Of a DNA stretch of 43,210 nucleotides, positions 12,830 to 24,053 are shown one piece after another (position 1 is the first letter of the stretch; each line of letters opens with the position of its first letter). The notes beneath the pieces are model-generated. The model had not been told where the DNA came from and made no database searches. It saw only the letters and a program-made list of their open reading frames with translations. The DNA is from Nemertoderma westbladi (taxonomy: Eukaryota; Animalia; Xenacoelomorpha): positions 1 to 43,210 of the forward strand of contig JAUCBJ010004918.1 in NCBI GenBank assembly GCA_032718475.1, read 5' to 3'. The position numbers and the translations under genes were made by a program.

Positions 12830-14094
12830 CGCGGAAAGACTGCTCCGTGGAAATCAGAATGGGTTCCGTAAAGGTTGTAGGACCATGGAGCCCATTTTGG
12901 CACTTAGAAGGATAATTTAAGAGTTATCAAAAAAGAAAGACAGGCATCTGGCTGTTATCTTTATTGACTTCTTCAAGGCCTTTGATTCAGTCTCTCGTTC
13001 ACGTATGTTCAGCATACTTTCATTATATGGGATTCCTGATGAAATCATAGCAGCAATCAGATCAGTATATGATGGTTCGACAACATTTGTGTCTACTGTT
13101 GACGGTGACACAGAACCATTTGAAGTGTTATGGGGCATCCTCCAGGGAGACACACTTGCACCATTCTTGTTCATAATTGTTGTTGACTATGTCCTATGCA
13201 TGTCCTTAGATCATCATAATGATGATGGGGTGATGATAACTCCACCTACTGGCTCCAGAAGTCGAGGAAATCCTGCCAAGTACCTAACTGATCTAGACTT
13301 TGCTGATGACTTAGGAGTACTCTCAGAATCACTAGAGGGAGCCCAACGGCTCCTCAGCTCATTAGAACATGCTGCTTCTAGTGTTGGTCTTTTTATTAAC
13401 TCCAGAAGGACCAAAATTTTGACAGGTAACTTTGAAAGTCATCAGTAAGTCTCTGATCGGATGAGTATAAGCTCAAAAGATGGTATGCTTGAGCATGTGG
13501 ATGACTTATGTTACCTGGGATCATGGATCCGGAAGTCAGGTGAGGACCTTCGAATACGTAAGGGAAAGGCATGGGCAGTCTTGAATAGGCTTTCCAGAAA
13601 CTTAATCGGAAACTTATGGTCCGATTATTTAGAGCAGCAGTAGTTCTAGTACTCCTCTATGGGAGTCCATGCTGGGCTGTAACTGCTGAGGACACCAAAT
13701 CCAATGGCACATTCACAAGAATGCTACGCCGGGTTCATTGTGTCAAATACAATGCACACATCTCCAACCAGACACTATATAACAGTGGAGGTGTCTCATC
13801 GGTTCCCCCAAGCTTGACACTAGAACAAAATCGCCTCCGCTTTGCAGGACATTGCTTTCGCCTTGAGGACCAGCCAGTGCATAATCTTGTACTTTGGCAG
13901 CCTCATGGAGTGAATAAGCATGGTGGACAGCCCATGACTTTCTTGAGACGCATCTTAAAGGACACTGGCCTTGAAGATGCGGATGATCTAGCAAATGTCA
14001 TGGGTGAAGGGAGTTATGGCGGTGCAATTTTGTCGATAAGCCGGCACAGCATTCTTAAAAATGCAGCTGCAATGCAGCATGCCGATCCTAGTAG
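12830..14094 (+). mobile_element. 5'-truncated, inactive RTE-type LINE (RT and C-terminus) with a 49-bp target-site duplication
   Basis: RT motifs FIDFFKAFDSV, GILQGDTLAPFLF, LDFADD, YLGS, LLYGS..W, RLRFAGHCFR..LVLWQP; short (TAG)n tail; direct repeat at 12781-12829 and 14095-14143 with 1 mismatch. Confidence 0.92.
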
Positions 14095-14716
14095 TATGAC
14101 ATGAATGGAAATTATATACACGCTTCAGTGGCATCCCTATATTGATTAATTAATATTCAATTATAAAAAATTCATACCAATCAATTATTTACTCGTGAAA
14201 AGGAAATAATATAGACTAATATTCATTACCTTCCTAATATTGCGTAATAAGTTTCAGATTGATCTTATCCTATTTCGGAAGATATACAGCATAGGAACTC
14301 TATAACTTCACTTACTACCCCAATGCTTCACGATGCCGTCTTTCCAAACTATACATCTATCATATTGTTGATTCCAGAACTAATGGATTTCATTCTAACA
14401 AGATGGTGTGCAGATATCATTCTCTCGGCATGACTGGTCTGTCTAGAAAAACTGAAATTAACCCTCGTGTGAGAGGTTAGGCTCTCCAACATGTATGAAA
14501 AACTATGCTGTTATTATGAAACGCCATTTACGCCAAAGCTATCGGAATAAATATTATACTCAAGATGTATCAATAAAAAATATTATACTTAAAGATGTAT
14601 CTAAATTCTCGGCCGAGAAAGATTTAAAAGTTGAAACGAAGGGAGATTAAATATATCATTGTCTTTGTAATTACAGTATATATACAGTACATAAGCCTTC
14701 ATCCTATTGCTACCGT

Positions 14717-14795
14717 TGTTGAAAGGTACAGTAAACAAAAGGCTATTTACTGTTAAAAGGTACAGTAAACAAAAGGCTATTTACTGTTGAAAGTA
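14717..14795. repeat. Tandem 34-bp repeat, ~2.3 copies
   Basis: tgtt(g/a)aaaggtacagtaaacaaaaggctatttac repeated. Confidence 0.85.
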
Positions 14796-15611
14796 CACGC
14801 CCTGAGGATGGTCTACTGTTAAAAGCACCCCAGGGTGGTCTCTCCTTTTGATATGTTTGTATTATCAAGTGAAACAAATTTAATCAAGCTATAACACATC
14901 AAGCTAATCGTTCTAATTTATAAGCCAAACAGAACAACCAAAACAATAAATCCGCTTGGCTTCCTAAACTACTTAATACGAGTGTGGGTGATTTAACACT
15001 CGGCGTTCACTTTCCAAAGAGAAATACAAGCAGTTTGCTGGGCGGAACAATGTCGAATGTGAGAATGTTTAATATTGCAAAGGGATGGGATATTAATTGC
15101 CCTAATGTCGAAGCCTTGATCTTGCGCTGGTTTAATCCAGCAAACCTACTACTGCGCTACTTTCACTACCGCCGTCTGCCTGTTGACCCGCTACTTTCAA
15201 ATAACCACCTAGCGTCGAATAGTCTAAAGTATTCTTAATTTACCCAAATCTACTCTCCGCTATGCAGCGTACAAGCTCTTAATTTTATTCTAAGCGCTAA
15301 AGTAAATTACAGTGTCTCAAAATACAGAGTTGCGTACTAATTACTAAGTATTCCAGAATTCGTATTACTAATTTATTACGTTACTGGGTTATACTAGCAA
15401 CAGCCTAAATACTGTATTACTTGACCTAACAGCAATTAACGAGCATAAACTTAGAAATAGAAAACAATCAAGAAAATAGCGCTTATCCAAACATCACAAT
15501 CAAGAATCAGGCACTCTTTAAACAACACAACATAAAGTAGCGTTAGCAACAGCATATCGCCAATAACATTAACAGTGCAAACGGCGCTGTGCTGCGCTAA
15601 GGTAGTGCTAG

Positions 15612-16460
15612 TATGTAGCGCTAGTGTACATAGCCAAGATCACCCAAGCTAAATGCGGTCTTCCTAGCTAAACCCGCTACAAAGCTGAGACGAAATCTTG
15701 TTCATCATCCCACAAACGCTGTAATGACGACCGGTCCCCAGTCTTCCACTCTGACTCGCCCTTCGTACCCTTAGCCCAACATGCTAAAGTGAGCAATTAC
15801 CGTATCGGTGCAAGCATAACAAACAGTCTGACAGTCGAAAAGAAATCTTCATTAGGATTTGCTATTGCAAAGATTAAAGAAATCAGTTTAAGAGTCAGTT
15901 TAAGCAGTAATCATTATCAAAGTCACAAATCAAGCAACAATAACATCAGAAATCAGCAATTTTACAATCAACGGAAGTACAAAATCAAAAGAAGAATTAT
16001 ATAAATCACAACAACAAAACTGTAAGAATGATGCAATGTCTAAACCATTGGTCGAAGAAAATCCTACTGCAATTAAACCAACCTAAATAGCTAAACCAAT
16101 GAGAGAGCCGGATTAAGGCTCTTTGCCTCTCTAAATCCCTAAACCATTACCATATATGGTAATAAATATGTCTCGGTGGGCTTATAGGTCCAATGCCGTA
16201 ATATTAATTTGGCGATTATTAAAGCACAATTTTGGCGTTAATTTAGTACAACATTGATTTGTAAAGAAATATAAATGAAATTAACACAAATACACATTAG
16301 ATTCAAATGATATCAAGAAATGCCAAATTCATATTCATGTTTTATAAAAGTTTGCCACTGCAAATTAATATGCTAAGGTTTTATTATAAAAATTACTTAA
16401 TTAAGGCTACATACTGTATAAATCGGTTGAATATGAATGAACTTGTATATTTTATTTTGA
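15612..16460. repeat. Dispersed repeat, copy 2 (same family and orientation as 4640-5530)
   Basis: Collinear shared blocks with 4640-5530. Confidence 0.8.
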
Positions 16461-16995
16461 TGCTTAGTGCACTCGACTCGCCCCTCAGCCGCCTTCAGCT
16501 CGGTAACCTTCCTGGCTATGGTTGTATTTAGCAACCGTAGCTGGAAGGACCTGACAGCCTCTGGTTCGGCAAAGGGACTTGAGGGGGGCACGTTGAACGC
16601 CAGGATCCGGGGCACCACCCCAGAATCACTGCAGCGGGTCAGGAAGGCAGTGTCGGTTGCAAGGTTACCCGCCTTTGTAACTACATCCCGGTACCAGAGA
16701 AAAGTACCTACCGGTCAGCTGTCTGCCGATAGCTGATCACAGATGCATGCTTCCTAGGTCCAGTTTTGGTCGTATTGCTGTATTGTGTTTTTACTGCTGT
16801 ACTGTTACTGGTTTTTAGTGCATACCTTCCGGTAATGTTTTTTACTGAAAGTCGCTTGACTATAAATAAATAATGTGTTAAATTAAATTAACGTCCAAGC
16901 TTAGTTCCATTATTAATTCATATGATACAGTACTTGTTATTACCATATCTACAACACTGGATATTTATTAATGTAAGTTTCTCTACCTATTATAG

Positions 16996-17773
16996 TTACC
17001 AATTCACAAAAAGATATGGCTAAAATAAAATAAGCTAATAACGTCGAAACAAGACAATTAGTTGCTGTAATACCACAACCTAGTACAGTGAGTTTACCAT
17101 TATTTCTATTAGACAACCAATATTCAGGTTCAGCATTTCTACAAGAAATAGTATCTTATCATTAGTAACATACTTTCAACATGAACTCGGTAAATTTAAA
17201 CCAGGTATCCAATCTCTGTGAATACCAATCCAGGGCAGGGGTCAATTTTGGGTCAATAAAAAATTGTTCAGATAATCCTCCTGCATAATCAGTATAATTA
17301 TAGCCTCCACAGCAATCAAATGAATACTGGAAGTAATACATGTAACGCAGCATGGTTAATTCATTAAGCAAATCAAAATTAACATCATTGGCCATTTTAA
17401 ACCTTTTATCAGCTATGCCACTCGATTGCGCATAATATAAATTTCTTTTTTGTATAGATATAGATAGTGTTACGAATTGTGTCGCTATTGGTGTTATAAT
17501 TATTGTATTGTAAATTATGTTTAATTTATAATATTTTCTATACAGCAGACTTAAGAATGAAACCAGTCCGATAAGCAATGAACAAATAATACCAATAATA
17601 ATAAGATATCGTAAAAAACCAAGTTCTAGATGAAATTCTTCTCGTAGTTGATGACCAAAATAGAAACTCCCATAAGCCATGGATTGTATATATCCAACAA
17701 TACCGACCATCAAAACAGCCAAAATAGTCGTTGGTAAAGTTGTGACTATATTATATAATTTAGATAATTCCAT
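16996..17773 (-). pseudogene. Intronless, divergent tetraspanin-family gene, disrupted in the large extracellular loop
   Basis: Three N-terminal hydrophobic segments and the FQYSFDCCG signature. The PxSCC motif appears in a shifted frame as LPSSC-stop; the GC motif and a hydrophobic tail (KLTVLGCG..LLAYFILAISFVNW-stop) lie in another frame. Confidence 0.75.
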
Positions 17774-18260
17774 ATAAGTTATTTACAGAATGTGTAATAA
17801 TAATACTGATAATATATTATAAATATACATGAAATATATTTAAAAGTACCGAAATATTAACATACAATTAGACCAGGTAACATTAAGATTTGTAAAGCAT
17901 TATTTCTATAGCGAGTTATTTATTTTATAGTTTAAATTGGATGAATTTACCACTTGATTGTTGGAACAATAAAAATTTAAAATAAATACTAAATAAATAG
18001 TACTAAATTTTACCAAGACTTCCACTATTACTTATTGCAGTTTAATACTCTTCTATTGATGTCTATATGTCAAATACTTTGAGAAACCGTGTAAGCCACT
18101 GACAGCTATACATACTGCATAATGTATTCATTGTATCGGTCTGCTAATGTAACCAATAAAAAACATACATATTAGCTGATATGAAATATAATATGAATAA
18201 ATTAATGACTCATACACTGTATAAAGGCTATTTATTTGCTTTACAATATTAATAGTTAGT

Positions 18261-18780
18261 AATAACTATTTACATACTTGTGTGTAAAGTAGCACTTTAC
18301 AGTGTGATGATCCGAGTGGCTTTGTTACACGAACGAACGTTAATGAGTGAGTGAAAATAAAGCCACGAGGATCAGAACACTGTAAAGTACTTTGCAACAA
18401 GTATGTATGTAGTTTTATTCCAAAATTTTAACATTACGAAATGATTGTACATATACATTATATGTGACAGAAACTGCACAAATTAAATTAGTTGCTGTAT
18501 AAATAAATGTAAAAATGACATAAATTATGTTATAGATATGTCAGCTTATATTTATGGTAGCGTGTAGAGCCATGTAATAAAAATATATCTAGGCCCTACT
18601 GGTTATTATATTAATAGCTATACCCCGCCTACCGGTGGGTAATGCAGTGGGCCTATCTGGTTGTCAGGAAAATTTCCACCTATTGTATACGAAATGACAT
18701 CTGAAGTTGTAAAGTGCTAAATAACAACTCGATGGTAATACTAACGGCGGTGTTGAGTAATGTTACAATTTAGGAATAAA
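18261..18780. mobile_element. Probable non-autonomous element with a ~150-bp imperfect palindromic end (Crypton-like architecture)
   Basis: acatacttg..actttacagtgt..tgatcc..gtggcttt pairs with aaagccac..ggatca..acactgtaaagt..caagtatgt (18265-18415); ttttattcc (18413) is mirrored by ggaataaaa near 18773. Confidence 0.5.
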
Positions 18781-19849
18781 ATTACATTTCTACATCAACA
18801 AACTGAAATATATATGGATCTTAATCTCCATGTTTAGTTTGCAATCAGCCTTGAAAATTTGCCAATTAATCTCCAAACAAGCCCAGATAGATAGTTTTAG
18901 TTTAGAAGACGATTCAGGGTTGACAACAATGGCAGATCTACATGTTTAAGCAAACAAGCCGGTTGCCACAGCACATGAATACTTGCTGATCTGCTCTAGA
19001 ATAGTGATGAGCTATTATGAATGAGTCACAAACTATCAATCTGCCAAGTGCTGCTAGATTGCGGCATTGAGAGGAATGCACATCATATCGAATTTTCCAA
19101 GCAGCAGTAACAATACGGATTAAGCAAAAAATCACCAACTTATAATATTTGCATACTGTTACAACATATTTTGTAGCTATAGATCTCTTCTACTACTATA
19201 ATCTGACTGTTACATTGCTGATAAGTCCAGTAGTATACTGCCTAACAGATCCTAGTAACGAAGTACCTTACTGTAGAATCCAGCAGTGTATACGGGCTTG
19301 TACAGTATCTGACAAGAAATCCCAGTCCAGGGTGTCTAAATAAACAGATACTAAGTACACAAACTACTACTGGCGAGGGAACGGAGCCTGATGTCTATTC
19401 TAATACGTGGGCGAATCAAATGCCCGGGCTAACTAGACAACAGGATACCCGGCCACTAACCAGTGAGGCAGATGTACAGTCTACAGATACAGACCAAACT
19501 CACGGGAAAACAATCCCCGCGCAGCGAATCCTAACTATCGCTAATGGACCTAAAATACTGTAAACCTGCCGCGGTTTGATTTATATGGGTATATACAAGC
19601 TAGTGGGTCAACAACACTAGTGAAAAACAATACTGCCGACAGGAAAATAGCAGTCAAAAGGGTGCCTCTTTGCCTGAATAAAACAAATACTAAATATCTC
19701 CTCAAATAATAAAATACTCCTTACTGATAAGACTATCGTATTCAGTAGCTAGTGGATCTCAAGAGGCGTGTGTCTGTGTGTGTGTGTGTGTGTTACGAAT
19801 AAAACAATTTTGGTGTATCGCCGTTATACTAGGTTTTAGTGATTTTAAT

Positions 19850-20248
19850 CAAATTAACAATACTGGGCGCTAGCTACTCGAATACGCTAGTCGGACGCTG
19901 TAGGCGCAATACTTACAAACTGATGTCAAAAGGGCTCTCTCCTCCTTCATTCACATCTCAACCGAGCAATTATGGTATTAGTAACTACACCCGTGATCGG
20001 CACTAATACCAGATTATGATTGTGAGATAAGGGAATAGGTGTAATTTACTACCGTACGTCTAGCTGATCTGGTATACAAATTTATTCTAGAACTTTGTTA
20101 CTGCGGTGGTTAGCAGTAAAATACCTATCAGTACGTGGCAAGGGCGCGGTAGGATGTTAGTAAACCTCCCTAAGCCAAACATGTGCCAGTAGCAGAAAGC
20201 TGCCTCTTTTTCCTGATCAAATACTTTGGAATCAGACAGGTCAGTCTC
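19850..20248. repeat. Dispersed repeat, inverted copy of 38737-39130
   Basis: Blocks such as actaccgtacgtctagctgatctggtat, gtaaaatacctatcag and tagcagaaagctgcctctt are reverse complements of sequence in 38737-39130. Confidence 0.88.
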
Positions 20249-21300
20249 TATAAGCTGCCGCAATGGCTCGCTCGTCAATTATCGTGGACTCAGTTGGATC
20301 CTCATCGGGATGATGAGCGGTAGGCGCGCGCACCTTCCATGACCCTTCCGGGTCCTTAATCTCCGCGTGGCATTCCCCGTCGTAGGGCACTAACGTCAAC
20401 ATCGATGGTCTGTCGACGAGGCTTCCCGCATGGATGTGATAAACATCTCGAAAAACGCTGAATCCTGCACGCGTGAAAACTTCACAGTGGGCATTGGTGT
20501 TGTAAAATGGTTGGAGGAATCGGCGGAATACGTCAGTATGCGTCCTTCCTCCCTCGTAAACTGTATGTCCTTCGCCGAGACATTGGCGATGAAACATATG
20601 TTGACCGATGATTCGATCGCCAAATAGTGTTGCAAGATTATCCGCAGAGGTGAGGTAATCGCCCAATATATACATCCTCGCCACTTCAACTGTGACTCAA
20701 ACTCGTTGACGTTGGGGGTATCTCCCTCACCGTATACGTCTGTGTATTTGCTCCTCTTGCTCTCCTTGTAGTCCCAACTGAACATAAGGTATGAGATATA
20801 ATCGGTTCCAGTTTTGAGCGTATTGTATTCCCGGAAATATCCTTGCTCTATATAGCCCAGAGCAACAATGGTCTAGTCTCCACATAAGGCGTAGGCAATT
20901 GATCCTCCTCCTCGGGCATTCCAGCAAAGTCACTAATAAAGTCCTCCCATATACCGGATCCGATTTGATGATACTCCTGTCGAGTACGACGTCGCACACG
21001 GCCTTTGGTAACATTCTAGCTTCTATATTACAAGCTAGGTCCATGGATTTTACTATCTGCTTTATCATAGCGTGTCGTTGCGTCGTTCCTTCCGGCATCT
21101 GCATCTTTCGCTCCGCTGTCGGCTGAAGACGTGTAGCACTCCATCTGGCACTCGAATTTGAATGGTTATCGAAGTGAGGCTCTGCTGGTGGCTCCCTCCT
21201 TTGTTGTCGTAAAACATATACCCGTTCTCTCGCAGAGATCGACTCGTCGCGTCCCATTCGTCGAGTAAATCATCGGTAGAGTTCCAAATCCTCCCGATGG
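20241..21300 (-). pseudogene. Frameshifted ORF of unknown function (~330 aa), weak SGNH/GDSL-esterase-like motifs
   Basis: ORFs 20727-21257, 20396-20785 and 20241-20684 overlap end to end and can be joined by two frameshifts; GC-rich; motifs YILGDYLT, EGGRT, DVYHIHAGS. Confidence 0.45.
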
Positions 21301-21371
21301 ACTTCTCGTCGTCGAGGCTAATAGGTCATGATGTCAGTGTCGGTTTCGAACATGCCGACTCTGATCCACAA

Positions 21372-22600
21372 TCAAATTGTCTTCGTTAGATATCCTCGCA
21401 GGTTGCAAGGTGCGATATCCATCCCCGCTCGTTCAACTTCCTTAAAATCGGTAATATGTGGAGGCACATTGCGTACGATTTTCTGAACGATTATTCTACG
21501 CAACTCCGCCGCCTCTAACGCATCGCCAAACGTTACCGATGGGAGGAAATCCAGGTTTGAAATGATCTCCAGATGCTCCACTATGGGGATCTCGTAGGTT
21601 GTATCCTCTCGAGTCGGTATGCTGATAGGGAAGTTGGTTGTCCTTGCGACCGGCACTACCGCTTGGGTAGAGTGGGGTTGAGATTCTCGCGTCATCTCGA
21701 TGTAAGGTATCTGTAGTCTCTGCGACAAACGTTGAGCAATGGTAATACTATCGAAGAGTTCGGGTGTCATTTCCTTAGGTTCGGTTTTATCGTGGGATAT
21801 CCAATAGAAGGGTAGTCTTGCGAGCCTTCTGCTGAAATCCTCGATCTCGCCTTTCTCGTACACCTTGTACGCCCTATACAGCCTAAGAGCTTCCCATTTC
21901 TCCTGTGTCGACTTGTTGGACTCGTCTATTACCATACTGTAGACGTCCGACTAATTTGGGTTCATAAATAACAATTTCGTCCACGTTCGGTCCACTCATC
22001 TTAAATGAGTGATATGGATTCGTCAAGGGGTATCCGCCTTCTTTATAATGCAGACTATGGTGGTTTGGGCAATGCGCTAATATCGCCTCGGGGTTCTCCG
22101 GGTTCAAGCGCATAGGAATTGTTTTGTCTTGCGCACGCATACATCCTCCGCATTTATAGAACAGTTTATAAATGGAGAACGCTTCCTTAGTCTCCGGATC
22201 CGCTCCTCGAGCGCGTCTATAAAGGTGCATCCCATCGAATTCGTCCCTAGCTGCAGGTAAGGGTTCACTCGCCGTCAAATATTGCAGCATGTGATATAAT
22301 CGGCGTATCTCTGTGTTGGGGTCCTCGCAAATGTCGCTGGCATCACATATCCCATCATAGGGGTATAACACAATAAGCTCCGCGCGTAACTCCTCCATTC
22401 TCTTATTATAAGCGTCTAGTCTCTGTCGTGTTACGTTTGGATCCGCCTTGGACTTTGCGAGCTTGGCTGTACTTCTTGCCATGCTCTCAACTCTGAACAC
22501 GTTAAAGATTTTGGCCCCATATCCATTGAACGGTGCCTGGTGCTCTTGTTCCTGAGTGAATCCCTGTTACAGTTCTTTGTAAATCCTCTCTACCATCATA
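21372..22600 (-). pseudogene. Extra ORF (ORF3) downstream of integrase in the BEL/Pao element; unknown protein with a CxxC..HCxxHH cluster
   Basis: ORFs 21883-22500 and 21372-21935 join by one frameshift. Segment 21428-21490 (VQKIVRNVPPHITDFKEV) recurs inside the second BEL copy at ~37048-37110. Confidence 0.65.
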
Positions 22601-22856
22601 TATGCGTATATATCGGTTACGTATCGTACGTTCTATACCGTTGCGTTCTATTAGAGGAAGCTCAAACAGAGGTCAGATGTGAGGAGACTTAGAGTTTTGT
22701 CGGCTTGTGGCTCAACTTTGATCTAAAACCCCTACCAAGATTTCGGGTTTGCATTGGCTCCTAATCCAAAAAAAATGTGCCGATAAAAAACGATTTCGGG
22801 CAAACTAGCCGCGAGTATAAAATACTCACCTTTTAATCCCAAACTACTCCCAAAAA

Positions 22857-23091
22857 GGTGGGGTAGCTCAGTTTGTTGAGCGCCGGGCCTGCAATCTATT
22901 GGTTGTAGGTTCAGCCCGGCCAGGGTCCACTCAGCCTTGCATCCACTGGGGTCGATAAAATGAGTACCAGTTAAATAACTGGGAGCAAATCTTGGGATAG
23001 GAGTAGCGCCCACCCCTACCCTCGGGTAGCAGCTATCGAAAGAGGAGCCTTCGGGTCGCCTCCGGCTTCGGCCGACTGTTTGCTTTTTTTT
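22857..23091 (+). mobile_element. tRNA-derived SINE with a Deu/Nin-type central domain, inserted in the BEL element
   Basis: tRNA head (GGTAGCTCAGTT..CTGCAAT..GGTTCA); core ccactcagccttgcatcc..ggtcgataaaatgagtaccag; hairpin-rich 3' end and T-tail; 12-bp TSD tactcccaaaaa at 22845-22856 and 23092-23103. Confidence 0.88.
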
Positions 23092-24053
23092 TACTCCCAA
23101 AAAAATAACGCAGTCGAGAATTAGTCAGACTAAAAAATATAATAATGGACACGACTTTTAGAACAAGGCCGATTTTATTTTCTAAAAAATATCGGAAGGC
23201 TCGCAAGCCTTCCATCCGCTCTTGTCCCTCCCCTAATTTTGGTTCCATCGGACCATATCCTAGAATCTGTCCACTGGAGAATCGTTTTTTTTTTATTCTA
23301 AATCCAATTGGATTATCTAAAATTTTTGAAAAATTGTCTCACTTGTGGGTTCCAAGTGGAATTCCATTCCTTCTGTACATACAATCCCGCTCCTAAGTGA
23401 TACATAAGGGTACTACCCTCAATTTTCACATATAAAGACAATGGAATTCCACCGCTGTCTCTAATCTAGAGTGAAGAAGAATACAGTGTACAGGAATACA
23501 GTGTACAGGAATACAGTAGGACTATGTGGCGACCAGTAAGGGTACCACATCTCTATTTACAAATGTTGGGTGGAGATTTGTAATCTCCCGTCTCGTTTCT
23601 AGTCTCCTCAAGGAGCATGAGACGCTGTACAGGTCTATCTACGGTACGACTGTCAATAGTCCTTACAGTTATAGTCCTTATTATACCTGATGTCGGGTGT
23701 GTGGTCAAAATGACTCCTGTCAACCAAAACCGTCGTTTCAAGTTGGTTTCTGCCAATAATACGTGGTCACCACGCTTCAGACATCGGATATTAAGGTACC
23801 AAGTGGTTCTGGCTGAAATAGAGGGCAAATAATGCTTCTGCCATACTTCCCAGAACTTATTGGCTAATAGCTGAGTGATTTTCCAGGCTTTGTTGCCGTA
23901 ACTGTCACTATCAACAGGTACAGAAGAAGTGGGCAACAATGTTGTCGGCGCCTGCATAAGCAGGTGCAGTGGTGTCAAGGCAAACTGTGATTGGTTGTCG
24001 CCTGGGATCAAAGCGATGGGCCGAGTATTTAGAACTGCTTCGATTTCTATTAA

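Noticed and set aside
17170-17185. In-frame TGA at a conserved Cys as selenocysteine or a variant genetic code
   Set aside because: It is flanked by frameshifts, so ordinary pseudogene decay explains it, and no SECIS was identified.
21372-22500. env / viral glycoprotein call for ORF3
   Set aside because: No signal peptide, transmembrane anchor or Cys-rich ectodomain pattern is visible.
22857-22930. tRNA-Cys gene
   Set aside because: The T-arm and acceptor stem are incomplete, and it is the head of a TSD-flanked SINE.
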